DNA of 64,000 bases from an uncultured delta proteobacterium (GTDB lineage: Bacteria > Myxococcota > Myxococcia > Myxococcales > Myxococcaceae): contig CAVUXN010000006.1 in assembly GCA_963745475.1 (NCBI GenBank), positions 383,718 to 447,717 on the forward strand, in the 5' to 3' direction. Positions 18,309 through 28,392 of the stretch are shown one piece after another; the stretch's first letter is position 1; each line of letters opens with the position of its first letter. The notes beneath the pieces are model-generated. The model did no database searches and had not been told where the DNA came from. It worked only from the letters and a program-made list of their open reading frames with translations. The translations under genes and the position numbers were made by a program.

Positions 18309-18671
18309 ATGGTCGTGGCCGCGCTCGGGGTCTGGGCCTCGGGGGCAGCGCGGGCGGAGGTTCTTGATGGGGTGCAGTTGCCCGACAGGACGGTGAAGGT
18401 CGGCGAGCGCAGGTACCGTGTTCCGCAGGACTGGGAAAACACGATGAAGTACTTCAAGACCGCCTACCCATCCGGGCAATATCCGCGGCACACCATCGTC
18501 AACCAGCCCGGGGTGAAGGCAGTTCACATCGCGAACCCGGACGGGCACGGCAGTTGGGTTGGGTTGAACATATACGAGGCGAACGACGAGATTCGGGTGT
18601 ACGTCGTCCCGCCAGACGGAGCAGCAAAGCCGGCGAAGAAGCCGGCTTCAGCCACGCAGAAGAAGAAGTAA
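18309..18671 (+). CDS. exported hypothetical protein with a Lys/Pro/Ala-rich tail
   Basis: MVVAALGVWASGAARA is a signal-like start inside ORF 18252..18671. The tail is PPDGAAKPAKKPASATQKKK. No motif recognised. Confidence 0.5.
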   Translation: MVVAALGVWASGAARAEVLDGVQLPDRTVKVGERRYRVPQDWENTMKYFKTAYPSGQYPRHTIVNQPGVKAVHIANPDGHGSWVGLNIYEANDEIRVYVVPPDGAAKPAKKPASATQKKK

Positions 18672-18683
18672 GTGTCGAAGTCT

Positions 18684-18754
18684 TGGGGAATCGTCTAACG
18701 GCAGGACGCCAGATTCTGGATCTGGCTATCTAGGTTCGAATCCTAGTTCCCCAG
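18684..18754 (+). tRNA. tRNA-Gln (anticodon CTG)
   Basis: Hand-folded cloverleaf: acceptor TGGGGAA/TTCCCCA, anticodon stem CCAGA/TCTGG with loop TTCTGGA, T arm CTAGG-TTCGAAT-CCTAG, discriminator G. No encoded CCA. Confidence 0.9.
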
Positions 18755-18757
18755 TTT
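18730..18757 (+). repeat. att-like direct repeat, copy 1 (T arm to 3' end of tRNA-Gln plus 3 nt)
   Basis: TTCGAATCCTAGTTCCCCAGTTT (18735-18757) recurs exactly at 25389-25411. The match extends to 28 nt with 2 mismatches. Confidence 0.8.
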
Positions 18758-18935
18758 TCCCGGAAGGAACAAGCGAAACCGTGGAGGCAAGGCGGGCGCA
18801 ATGCCGCCCCTTCCCCCCGGGTGGGTCCTGGTTCCCGCCGTTCTGCCATGACTCTCTCCTGAGGTCTGCCGGGGCCCGGTTGCCGACGCCCGAGAGGCCC
18901 TCGCGAGGCCTCCCAGGGCTCCCTCTTTGAGATAA

Positions 18936-20522
<1,587 letters not shown>

Positions 20523-20555
20523 AAATATTGCCCCTACGACGCAAGACTCCACGGC

Positions 20556-22100
20556 GTGATCCCCAAGCCGCCCTTCGCGTGGCAACTGACGTCGGAGCGG
20601 GAGATCGAAGCATTCGAGGCGCTCAAGCCGCGGCTGGGAGCGCTTTGGAACACCATCTTCCCGGGGAACGAGGACCACTACACCTCGGTGGTCATTCCTT
20701 CGCTCACCCTCGACCGCGCCGAGTTGCAGAAGATCGACGGCGCCTCCTATTACGAGGAGCGGCTGCTGTTCCTGCTCATCCGGCTGCGCAATCCGAAGGC
20801 CTGCCTCGTCTACGTGACCTCGCAGCCCTTGCATCCCCTGGTAGTCGGGTACTACCTCAAGTTTTTAGCAGGCGTCCCGGCGAGCCATGCACGCGAGCGC
20901 CTTACGTTGCTTTCTGCCGACGACGGCTCGCCGCGCTCGCTCACTGAAAAAATCCTCGAGCGGCCTCGGCTCATCGAGCGTATCCGCGCGGCCATCCCGG
21001 ACCCCTCCCGCGCCTACCTCACCGTCTTCAACTCCACGCCGCTCGAGCGCCGGCTGGCGGTGCTCCTCGACCTGCCGATGAACGGGATGGACCCCCGGCT
21101 GGCGCACCTGGGCTCCAAATCGGGCAGTAGAAAGGTCTTCCGAGCGGCGAGCGTGGAACTCCCGGCCGGCTTTGAGGACCTGCGCACTCGGGAGGATGTG
21201 GAGCGCGCTCTCCTCGAGCTGCGGCGCATCCGCCCCAACTTGCGACGAGCGGTGTTGAAGCTCAACGAGGGATTCTCCGGCGAGGGCAACGCAGTTTTTC
21301 GGTACCCGGACGGCTCGGGGCGCGAGGCGATTCACGATGCGCTCGAGCGGCTGAGCTTCTGCGCGCCTGGACAGACCGTTGATAGCTACTTCGACGTGTA
21401 CGCGGAGATGGGCGGCGTCGCAGAGGAGTTCTACGAAGAGGGTGAGCGCGCCTCGCCGAGCGTCCAGCTGCGCGTGAACCCCCGCGGGCAAGTCATCCTT
21501 ATCTCCAGCCACGACCAGATCCTCGGTGGCCCGAACGGCCAAGTCTACGTTGGCTGCCGCTTCCCGGCCGGAGACGGCTATCGGCGGCTTATCCAAGAGG
21601 CTGCCCTCCGCATCGGAGCGGTTCTTGCTGCGAGCAACGTGGTGAGCCGCTTCTCGGTGGACTTCCTAGTCTTTCGCCTTGGCGCCGATGGGGCCTGGGA
21701 AGTGCGCGCACTGGAGATCAACCTGCGCATGGGCGGAACGACCCACCCCTTCCTTGCTCTGCGTTTCCTGGTGGAGGGCAAGCTGGACCCGGACACGGGC
21801 TTGTTCCTGTCTCCAAGAGGCGGTGAAAGGTTTTACCGGTCCACCGACAACCTCCAATCGGAGAACTATCGAGGGCTCCTACCGGAAGACCTCTTCGACA
21901 TCCTGGCCGACAATCGGCTCCACTACTCCCAGGCACAGGGCCGCGGCGTGCTCTTCCATCTGATCGGCGCACTTTCACAGTACGGCAAGGTCGGCCTCAC
22001 AGCCATCGGCAGTAGCCGGGAAGAGGCCGAAGCGCTCTACGCGCATACCCTGGCGGTGCTGGACGCGGAGTCGAGGCGCGGGCATCCCGCGCACGAGTAA
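20556..22100 (+). CDS. ATP-grasp protein of the PGM1-related peptide-ligase family (pre-ATP-grasp plus ATP-grasp)
   Basis: 514 aa, GTG start. Segments I recall from this family: YYEERLLFLLIRLRNPKACLVYVTSQP, SLTEKILERPRLIERIRAAIPDP, HLGSKSGSRKVF and KLNEGFSGEGNAVF. Confidence 0.65.
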   Translation: MIPKPPFAWQLTSEREIEAFEALKPRLGALWNTIFPGNEDHYTSVVIPSLTLDRAELQKIDGASYYEERLLFLLIRLRNPKACLVYVTSQPLHPLVVGYYLKFLAGVPASHARERLTLLSADDGSPRSLTEKILERPRLIERIRAAIPDPSRAYLTVFNSTPLERRLAVLLDLPMNGMDPRLAHLGSKSGSRKVFRAASVELPAGFEDLRTREDVERALLELRRIRPNLRRAVLKLNEGFSGEGNAVFRYPDGSGREAIHDALERLSFCAPGQTVDSYFDVYAEMGGVAEEFYEEGERASPSVQLRVNPRGQVILISSHDQILGGPNGQVYVGCRFPAGDGYRRLIQEAALRIGAVLAASNVVSRFSVDFLVFRLGADGAWEVRALEINLRMGGTTHPFLALRFLVEGKLDPDTGLFLSPRGGERFYRSTDNLQSENYRGLLPEDLFDILADNRLHYSQAQGRGVLFHLIGALSQYGKVGLTAIGSSREEAEALYAHTLAVLDAESRRGHPAHE

Positions 22101-22233
22101 ACGTCAAGCAACACCGCGACAGTTCGGGTTGAGCAAGTAGTTCGCTTCGCAATTGAAAAAGCCGGGCGCGGGAAAAGCCGGCGTCCTGCTTTGCGAGGGG
22201 CCCCAGCCGCCATTCACGGCTAAGGTTGACTTG

Positions 22234-23091
22234 ATGCCTAATCTGTCATTGGTCAGGAAGAAGCAGCTTTCGTCCTTTCGGAAGATCGCGCTCGGCACGT
22301 GGCAAACGACCTACGACCCTTCCATCTACGGGACGATCATTCTCCGGATGGGTAAGGCGCTCGACTACATCTCGCGGTTTCGCGCCCACACCGGTCGTCG
22401 GCTCACCGTCAGTCACCTGATGGCCAAGGCTTCAGCCATGGCCCTCAAGCAATGTCCCGAGGCAAATGCCATCCTCCGGTGGAACCGCATCTACCTACGG
22501 CAGCGCATCGGCGTGTTCTTCCAGGTTTTGATGACGGACGAAGGCGAAGACAAGGTCGACCTCTCTGGCGCGACGCTCTACGACCTCGAACGGAAGTCGC
22601 TGTTGGAAATCGTGGACGAATTCGAGACGAAGGTGACCCTCGTGCGACGTCGAGAGGACCCCGCGCTCGAGAAGACGCGCGCAACGTTCCACTGGATCCC
22701 GTACCTGCTTCTGAACCTATTCCTCAAAGTGCTGTCCTTCTTCAGCTTCACAATGAATCTTGATCTGCGTGCGTTCGGAATCGCCACAGATCCCTTCGGT
22801 AGCTTGATGATCACCAACGTGGGTAGCCTGGGACTCGACACCGCGTACGCGCCGCTGGTCCCCTTCTCGCGAGTGCCTATTCTTTTCGCAATCGGCGAGG
22901 TGAAGGAGCATGCGTTCGTCGAGAACGGGCGGGTCAGCGGCGAGAAGGCCATGAGCGTAAACGCAACGCTCGATCACCGGGTGATCGACGGGTTCCACGC
23001 CTCGGCGATCGCAAAGGTCCTACGGGAGTGGATGGAGAACCCAGACGCACATTTCGACGCGCTTGAGGAACGAAACCCACCATCGGGTTGA
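22234..23091 (+). CDS. stand-alone 2-oxoacid dehydrogenase E2-type acyltransferase catalytic domain (no lipoyl domain)
   Basis: ATG 22234 with AAGG upstream. The catalytic motif is ATLDHRVIDGFHAS (DHRxxDG). Length about 285 aa. Confidence 0.8.
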   Translation: MPNLSLVRKKQLSSFRKIALGTWQTTYDPSIYGTIILRMGKALDYISRFRAHTGRRLTVSHLMAKASAMALKQCPEANAILRWNRIYLRQRIGVFFQVLMTDEGEDKVDLSGATLYDLERKSLLEIVDEFETKVTLVRRREDPALEKTRATFHWIPYLLLNLFLKVLSFFSFTMNLDLRAFGIATDPFGSLMITNVGSLGLDTAYAPLVPFSRVPILFAIGEVKEHAFVENGRVSGEKAMSVNATLDHRVIDGFHASAIAKVLREWMENPDAHFDALEERNPPSG

Positions 23092-23174
23092 TGAAACAGT
23101 CGAACAGCGAGTCCCGCGTGTCGCCCGCCATCACGCGGAGCGCTCATAGGTGGCTTGCTGAAGTGTGGCATCAT

Positions 23175-23184
23175 TGTTATAACA
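23175..23184. promoter_or_regulatory. perfect 10-bp palindrome TGTTATAACA, a possible antitoxin operator / -10 region
   Basis: It lies 7 nt upstream of the antitoxin ATG in an AT-rich patch. The operator role is inferred only. Confidence 0.3.
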
Positions 23185-23190
23185 CTTTTC

Positions 23191-23418
23191 ATGCTCCATT
23201 TGAAGGTAAGACGAATTGGGAACAGCAACGGGATGCTCGTGCCGAAGGCCGTCCTCGAGCAGTTGGACCTACAGGAGGGCTCCGTCGTCGTGGCCGAGGT
23301 GCGCGGTCGCGAGCTAGTCATTCGCGCTCCGAAACAAACGCGCAAGGAGCGGGTCGCTTCTGCCCGAGCAGACGTCCACAGTCGTCATCGGCCTGCGTTT
23401 GAACAGCTGGCCAAGTGA
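23191..23418 (+). CDS. AbrB/MazE/SpoVT-family antitoxin
   Basis: MLHLKVRRIGNSNGMLVPKAVLEQLDLQEGSVVVAEVRGRELVIRAP is a classic looped-hinge-helix N-terminus. Its stop overlaps the next GTG (GTGA). Confidence 0.8.
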   Translation: MLHLKVRRIGNSNGMLVPKAVLEQLDLQEGSVVVAEVRGRELVIRAPKQTRKERVASARADVHSRHRPAFEQLAK

Positions 23419-23819
23419 CTGAAGGTCAAGACTTCCACCTCGTTTCCGAACCTGAGTTCCTCGATGTCGAGGATGCGGTAGGGGAACACGCGTTACACGT
23501 CGCGGAGACTGGTGGAAAGGCCGGGCTTCGTGGTGAGGATGGCCGACGGCTCCTCGCGTCGGCCGTCGCGCAAGCCACTACGACCTACGGCGGCCAGTTG
23601 AGCGGATGGCAGAGGCGATGTTCAATCTCGCTTCTCGAAAGCTTGGAGTGCGAGCGTGGGCGGAGACGCGAGTCGCTGGGGGGCGAGGCTCCTCGGCGTG
23701 CGAACTCCCTACGTCAGCCCTGGAGCGGATGGCAGAGGCGGTCAACTCGCTCCCGAACCAAGAAAGACCTTGCGATGCTCTTCGAAGAAATCGCCGAAAA
23801 AGCCGAGACCGCCCGATGA
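23415..23819 (+). pseudogene. decayed Doc/Fic-family (death-on-curing) toxin
   Basis: The N-terminus FLDVEDAVGEHALHVAETGGKAGLRGEDG..LLASAVAQATTTYGG is Doc-like. After that, sense can only be followed by hopping frames (VERMAEAMFNLAS, then WSASVGGDASRWGARLLGV, then KKDLAMLFEEIAEKA). The HxFxDGNKR motif is destroyed. Confidence 0.45.
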
Positions 23820-23835
23820 GTCGCTCTTGATGCGT

Positions 23836-23985
23836 TTGTGACGAAGTTTGTGCCATTGGCGGTGCGAAACGAGGGGGTCGGCAAGGGACGGGGCGGAACG
23901 AGCAGGACCCAAATGCGCGAACCTAGAAGCCAGGCTGGGCTCAGCACGCGAATTGCTTACCCCCTCCTCTAATTTCAGTTCAGAG
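23836..23985 (+). repeat. island-arm repeat, copy A, ending in a decayed att-like site
   Basis: Starts TTGTGACGAAGTTTGTGCCATTGGCGGTG. It also carries GGACCCAAATGCGCGA and AGCACGCGAATTGCTTACCCCCTCCTCTAATTTC. It aligns with 25231-25411 with gaps. Confidence 0.6.
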
Positions 23986-24117
23986 TCTGCTGGTAGCTTT
24001 CCGTGCTCCCAACGCTGCCATAATTCTCCCCCGCCCCCGTAATCTCGCCCTTCCAGCAAGGAGTGCTTCCCACGTTGACGACGACCTCGAGTGCTACGCC
24101 GGCCGTGAACTCGGCAT

Positions 24118-24790
24118 TCACATACGTCTTCTCTTGCAGGTACAACTCATCCAGCGTGACTGCGAGGGTGGTCGCCGTGGCTCCTTTCCCGGATTCCCGG
24201 CCCGCTTGAGAATGCCCTCGAGGGCGCTCTTTACGTAGGCCATCGCATCCCCCGTCATCTTGATGGGGTAGTCGGTTGCCGGCTTCTGTTCCTCATAGCG
24301 TCGACCAGCTTCACTGGGGTTCTCCCGACCGTCCGTCGTTGTCACCGCGCTCGCGATATTCCTCGAGCGTGGCATCGGGTTCGAGGAAGTTCGCGTCGAA
24401 CGGCGTCCTCGTGTACCCGGGCTCGATGACCGACACGCGGATGCCCAGTGTGCGCAGTTCATGGTCGAGTGATTCCGAATAGCCTTCGACCGCGTGCTTG
24501 GTCGCGGCATAGAGCGCCCGTACGGCATTGGCAAGAAGCCCAGTACCGAGCCGATGTTGATGATGCGTCCCCCTCCTCGCTGTCGCATCTCGGGTACAAC
24601 GGCGCGCGTCATCCGGACGACGCCGAAAAGTTCGTGTCGAAGATCGACTGTGCTTGTTCGATCGAACTCTCTTCCGCTCCAGCGGGGCGACGCCAAAGCC
24701 GGCGTTGTTCCGAGCGCATCGATCCGGTCGGCGCGCCGCACACTTCCCTGACGGCGGCTTCGACCGATTGATCCTGGTCACGTCGAGGTC
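24118..24790 (-). pseudogene. short-chain dehydrogenase/reductase remnant, 5'-truncated with multiple frameshifts
   Basis: SDR pieces are scattered over at least two frames (ORFs 24118..24741 and 24311..24955): LDVT, NNAGFG, FGVVRMTRAVVPEMRQRGGGRIINIGSVLGFLPMPYG, LYAATKHAVEGYSESLDHELRTLGIRVSVIEPGYTRTPF. The Rossmann N-terminus is missing. Confidence 0.7.
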
Positions 24791-25230
24791 AGCATCTCGA
24801 CGATCGTTCCGCCGGATGGGTCCAGCGCAAGCCGGGACCGTCCTCGGCAGGGGGCCCGAAGCATAGTAGTTGGGAGGGAAGGTCGTGCCTTCGTTGAGTG
24901 AAGCTTTGCAACCGAGAACGGCGAGCGGCAGACAGAGAAGCGCCCAGAATCTCACGATAAACCCTCCGGTGACTGAGGAGCACGTTGAGCAGAGAAGTTC
25001 GCTCGTTCAAAAGCAAGGTAGTCATGATGAGTGCGCGGGGGAGGTGGCCTGAAGACTAATTCTTCGGCCCCAGAGGTCCGGTCCCGCGGGGACCGGGAGT
25101 CTCTTGCCCCGAGGGGCGGTCCGGGCGTCGAGTACGCCGTTCGGAGGCATGTTCGCCGCGCGCGAGGGCAGCGTCGTCTAGCACTGGCCGGCGTAGTCCG
25201 AGGACACCTCGCCCACTGGAGGCGGGCCGC

Positions 25231-25383
25231 TTGTGACGGAGTTTGTGCCATTGGCAGTGGGCGAGAGCACGAGGGGAACGGCGAGGGACATCAGGCGGGA
25301 CAGGCCGGACCCAAACTGCGCGATGAGCGGGGGAAGACAAGCAGGGCCAACGCGCTAAGCACGCGATTTGCTTATCCCCTTCG
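25231..25383 (+). repeat. island-arm repeat, copy B, immediately upstream of att-like copy 2
   Basis: Starts TTGTGACGGAGTTTGTGCCATTGGCAGTG. It also carries GGACCCAAACTGCGCGA and AGCACGCGATTTGCTTATCCCCTTCG. It is homologous to 23836-23985. Confidence 0.6.
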
Positions 25384-25411
25384 CTAATTTCGAATCCTAG
25401 TTCCCCAGTTT
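25384..25411 (+). repeat. att-like direct repeat, copy 2 (partial tRNA-Gln 3' end)
   Basis: CTAATTTCGAATCCTAGTTCCCCAGTTT. The last 23 nt are identical to 18735-18757. Confidence 0.8.
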
Positions 25412-25496
25412 CTGAAGCGCGCGACTCCGGGTAGTTAGACCGCCGCTTTGGCTGGGCTGATTCGAACTTCCTATCCCGGCCTTCGGATTCGCAGCG

Positions 25497-26252
25497 CTAG
25501 TTGGTGTGATGCTCCTCTGCCGGCGTGCCGTCGGACCACTTCGGGACCGGGACAAAAAAGAGCGTCCACGGCATTCTACCTCCGCCAGGTAGATCTTGGC
25601 CTCCTCCGAAGACCACGGAGCGTTCGGGCAAATTCGCCCCCCACGCCGAGCCGTTCATCTCGCCTGGCATGTAGAACATCAAATGCGGATGCCAGTGCGT
25701 ATCGGCGTCGGTTAGGTACTGGCGCTTCGACATCATGTATGACATCGAGCCCACCTCCGGCGGACCAAACTCCTTCTTCGCAATCGACGCTTTCATACGA
25801 TCCAGGATCGCGTCCTTCGACAGCCCGGCGAGCGCGAGCTCCGTCAACCTGAACTCGACCGGCAGCGCGGAACGCACGGCCGGGGCATTCAGACACACGG
25901 GCCCGCGAATCTTTGGGTTCCAGTATCCAGGATCATCGAAAGCACTCGTCCAAGACCGGTCGACAAGGCAGACGAATCCGTTCTTGCCCGTAACGGCCGT
26001 CTGGTACCCTTGGCGCGTGAGCACCATGACGGTTGCATCGCTTGATATCGTCGGCGGCGCGGCGCTCCGAGCAAGCGCGATCTCCGCGTCCCGGTCGGCG
26101 ATGAGGTACTCCTCGAGCGGCGCCATTACCGGGTAAGCGGCGCCCTTAGGCCGCGGCTCCGCGCCTGGCGTCTGGGCGTAGCTGACCGGCAGCGATGCGC
26201 CGACCGCAAATATCAACATTGAGGCTATCAACAGCGGGCGCCACTTCGCCAT
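25497..26252 (-). CDS. exported hypothetical protein
   Basis: 251 aa with signal peptide MAKWRPLLIASMLIFAVGASLPVSYAQ. The composition looks coding. No motif recognised. Confidence 0.6.
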   Translation of the reverse strand: MAKWRPLLIASMLIFAVGASLPVSYAQTPGAEPRPKGAAYPVMAPLEEYLIADRDAEIALARSAAPPTISSDATVMVLTRQGYQTAVTGKNGFVCLVDRSWTSAFDDPGYWNPKIRGPVCLNAPAVRSALPVEFRLTELALAGLSKDAILDRMKASIAKKEFGPPEVGSMSYMMSKRQYLTDADTHWHPHLMFYMPGEMNGSAWGANLPERSVVFGGGQDLPGGGRMPWTLFFVPVPKWSDGTPAEEHHTN

Positions 26253-26353
26253 GGCTTCCTCCCTTGTGAGCCGCTACTCATTTCTCTACACGCGAACGGC
26301 CTGGGTAATGCCACCGCTGAGATGCGGCGTGCCTGGGTATCAACTAGGGGCGC

Positions 26354-26710
26354 ATGGACATGAAGACATTTTCGGGCGGTTGTCACTGTGGGGCAGTGAC
26401 GTTCACCATTCGGGCGGAGAAGATTTCAGCGGCTTGTCGATGCAACTGCTCAATCTGCCGCCGCAAGAACGCCCTCATGTCATCCGAGTATTTTCCGCCC
26501 TCGGCTATCGACGTACGCGGCCTTGAGACGCTTGGCGTCTACCGGTGGGGCGACCGGATGGTGAATCACTACTTCTGCAAAACATGCGGCATTTACCCCT
26601 TTCATGATGCGACGACGAATCCGGGCCACTACCGGGTAAACCTCGGGTGCTTAGAGGATTTTGATTGCTCTTCCTTGCCGGTGACGCTCTTTGACGGAAA
26701 GTCGTTCTAG
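26354..26710 (+). CDS. GFA-family protein (glutathione-dependent formaldehyde-activating / CENP-V-like zinc fold)
   Basis: GGCHCGAVTF, CRCNCSICRRK and HYFCKTCG: the characteristic Cys clusters. Confidence 0.85.
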   Translation: MDMKTFSGGCHCGAVTFTIRAEKISAACRCNCSICRRKNALMSSEYFPPSAIDVRGLETLGVYRWGDRMVNHYFCKTCGIYPFHDATTNPGHYRVNLGCLEDFDCSSLPVTLFDGKSF

Positions 26711-27130
26711 CCCCCGAGACTGCAGCGAGAAACACTTTCGCGCGCGCTACGGGCCGCAACTACCGTCTCCGCAAAGGAGCGCCGGGCGATGCGAAGCAAT
26801 GATCTCGATACAAGGGGTATGAGGCGAGCCCCACCACGAGCCGTTAACGACCGTCGCACAATGGCTTAGGACAGCCCTTCAGCCAGTCCTATTCGCCAAT
26901 GTCGCTCGGTTGCCGAATAGGAAGGAACGCAGCGCCGAGAAGGACGGGTAACGAGTTGGAGCACGACGCTTACTTTCCGCGAATTCCCGCGACGCACTTC
27001 TAGAAGACGGTCGGCACCCTCGGAGAGGGAGAGTCGATCGTTTGCGACGTCATTGAAAACGGCTGCCGCAGACCCAGTGCGCATTCTTTATTCATAGCCC
27101 AAGAGCCTGACTCCAACCAGCCCCGGAACC

Positions 27131-27925
27131 TCAAGCGGGCTCATTGCGCAGAGTCCAGCTTAACAGGGCGAGGTAGGGCATTACGTGGTCCACAACCTCG
27201 TCATCAACCCCAAAGTCGAAGTGAAACTTTCGGGCACTATCGATGGTGACGATCCCCACGACACGATCCGCATACCGAACCGGGATCGCCAGGACGGAAC
27301 AGTACGGCTTCCTTCTCGGCCCGAGTGGGTAGTCATTTTCGACGTCGCCTGTCGAGACCGATGATCCAGACCTGAATGCGTCACCGGCAGCCGTACTGCT
27401 AAGGGGCAGCGAACTGTCCGGGGCGCGATGGTCCTTGTCGCGTGCAATCACGACGAGTGACTCTCCTCGACGGACGAGTAGGTTAGCGAAGACCATGGAT
27501 CCTCGTCGGTCAGATCGATGATCGCGCACGAACGAGACGACCAGCGAAAGGACATCGCGCTGGTAGTCATGGACTTCAGCGGGCGTCAGTGAAGGCCAGC
27601 GCGACATCTTTTGGACAGTTCGATACAGCAGCAAACGCCGTTCGGTGCTCGAGCGCTCGACAGCCTCGAGATTCTTAGGCGCTGTTTGACTCCAACTCTT
27701 GTATGCCAGCAGAACGACCTGCGTACCGAGAGCCAGAACCCCCAACTTGGGCCCGCCAGCCTTCCAAGTAGCGAGCACCAAAGGCGTCGATACAAGAACG
27801 GTGATCAAGGCCCGCTGCCAGGTTCCCTTCGAACGCGCTGCAATCGCGACATTGCTTCGCAGCACCAAGAAACGGCGCTTGAACCCGGTCGAACGTTGCA
27901 CGCCAGCCGCTGGCGCTTCTGCCAT
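27131..27925 (-). CDS. membrane-anchored GAF-domain protein (two N-terminal TM helices)
   Basis: TM segments ALITVLVSTPLVLATW and LGVLALGTQVVLLAY. The C-terminal GAF-like pattern is MVFANLLVRRGESLVVIA ... YCSVLAIPVRYADRVVGIVTIDSARKFHF ... MPYLALLSWTL. Confidence 0.6.
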   Translation of the reverse strand: MAEAPAAGVQRSTGFKRRFLVLRSNVAIAARSKGTWQRALITVLVSTPLVLATWKAGGPKLGVLALGTQVVLLAYKSWSQTAPKNLEAVERSSTERRLLLYRTVQKMSRWPSLTPAEVHDYQRDVLSLVVSFVRDHRSDRRGSMVFANLLVRRGESLVVIARDKDHRAPDSSLPLSSTAAGDAFRSGSSVSTGDVENDYPLGPRRKPYCSVLAIPVRYADRVVGIVTIDSARKFHFDFGVDDEVVDHVMPYLALLSWTLRNEPA

Positions 27926-28122
27926 AAACCGCTATCCACTACCTCGGTACTCTGACGCGCCAGGTTCGCCAGTCTTGATTCCGGTTAAGTACACTTCGGA
28001 GGAGTCGAGACAACATGCTCGAAGCACCGGAAGATGCCTCGGAGACAGCCCATACTCCTCTTGACTCCGGAGATTCCCCGGCGCCTGGGCGCACTAACGT
28101 AGGCTACGCTTCGCGGAAGCCT

Positions 28123-28392
28123 TTACGCCCGTCTTACGCCGGCGGAACGAATGACGCGCAGCACCGCCAGCAGAATCACGGCCCCGATGAAGGCGATGAA
28201 GATGGTGCCCGCGAGGCCGGCCATCGGCGCGTGCCACCGCATGCTTTGGAAGAGCCAGCCGCCGATAAAGGCACCGACAACCCCGATGACAATGTCGCCG
28301 CCGAGCCCGTATCCCCCCTTGGCGAGGGCGTTTGCCAGAAAGCCCGCCACCCCACCCACGACAACCCACAGCAAGAAGGTCTCAATCGTCAT
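28123..28392 (-). CDS. GlsB/YeaQ/YmgE-family stress-response membrane protein
   Basis: MTIETFLLWVVVGGVAGFLANAL..GGDIVIGVVGAFIGGWLF..LAGTIFIAFIGAVILLAVL. ATG at 28392 inside ORF 28123..28458. Confidence 0.85.
   Translation of the reverse strand: MTIETFLLWVVVGGVAGFLANALAKGGYGLGGDIVIGVVGAFIGGWLFQSMRWHAPMAGLAGTIFIAFIGAVILLAVLRVIRSAGVRRA

Noticed and set aside
25231-25411. tmRNA or an extra tRNA gene ending at the second tRNA-like 3' end
   Set aside because: Only the T loop, the 3' half of the T stem and the acceptor 3' strand are present. The 5' partner strands do not pair (CTAAT versus CCTAG), so this is a partial duplication and not a functional RNA.
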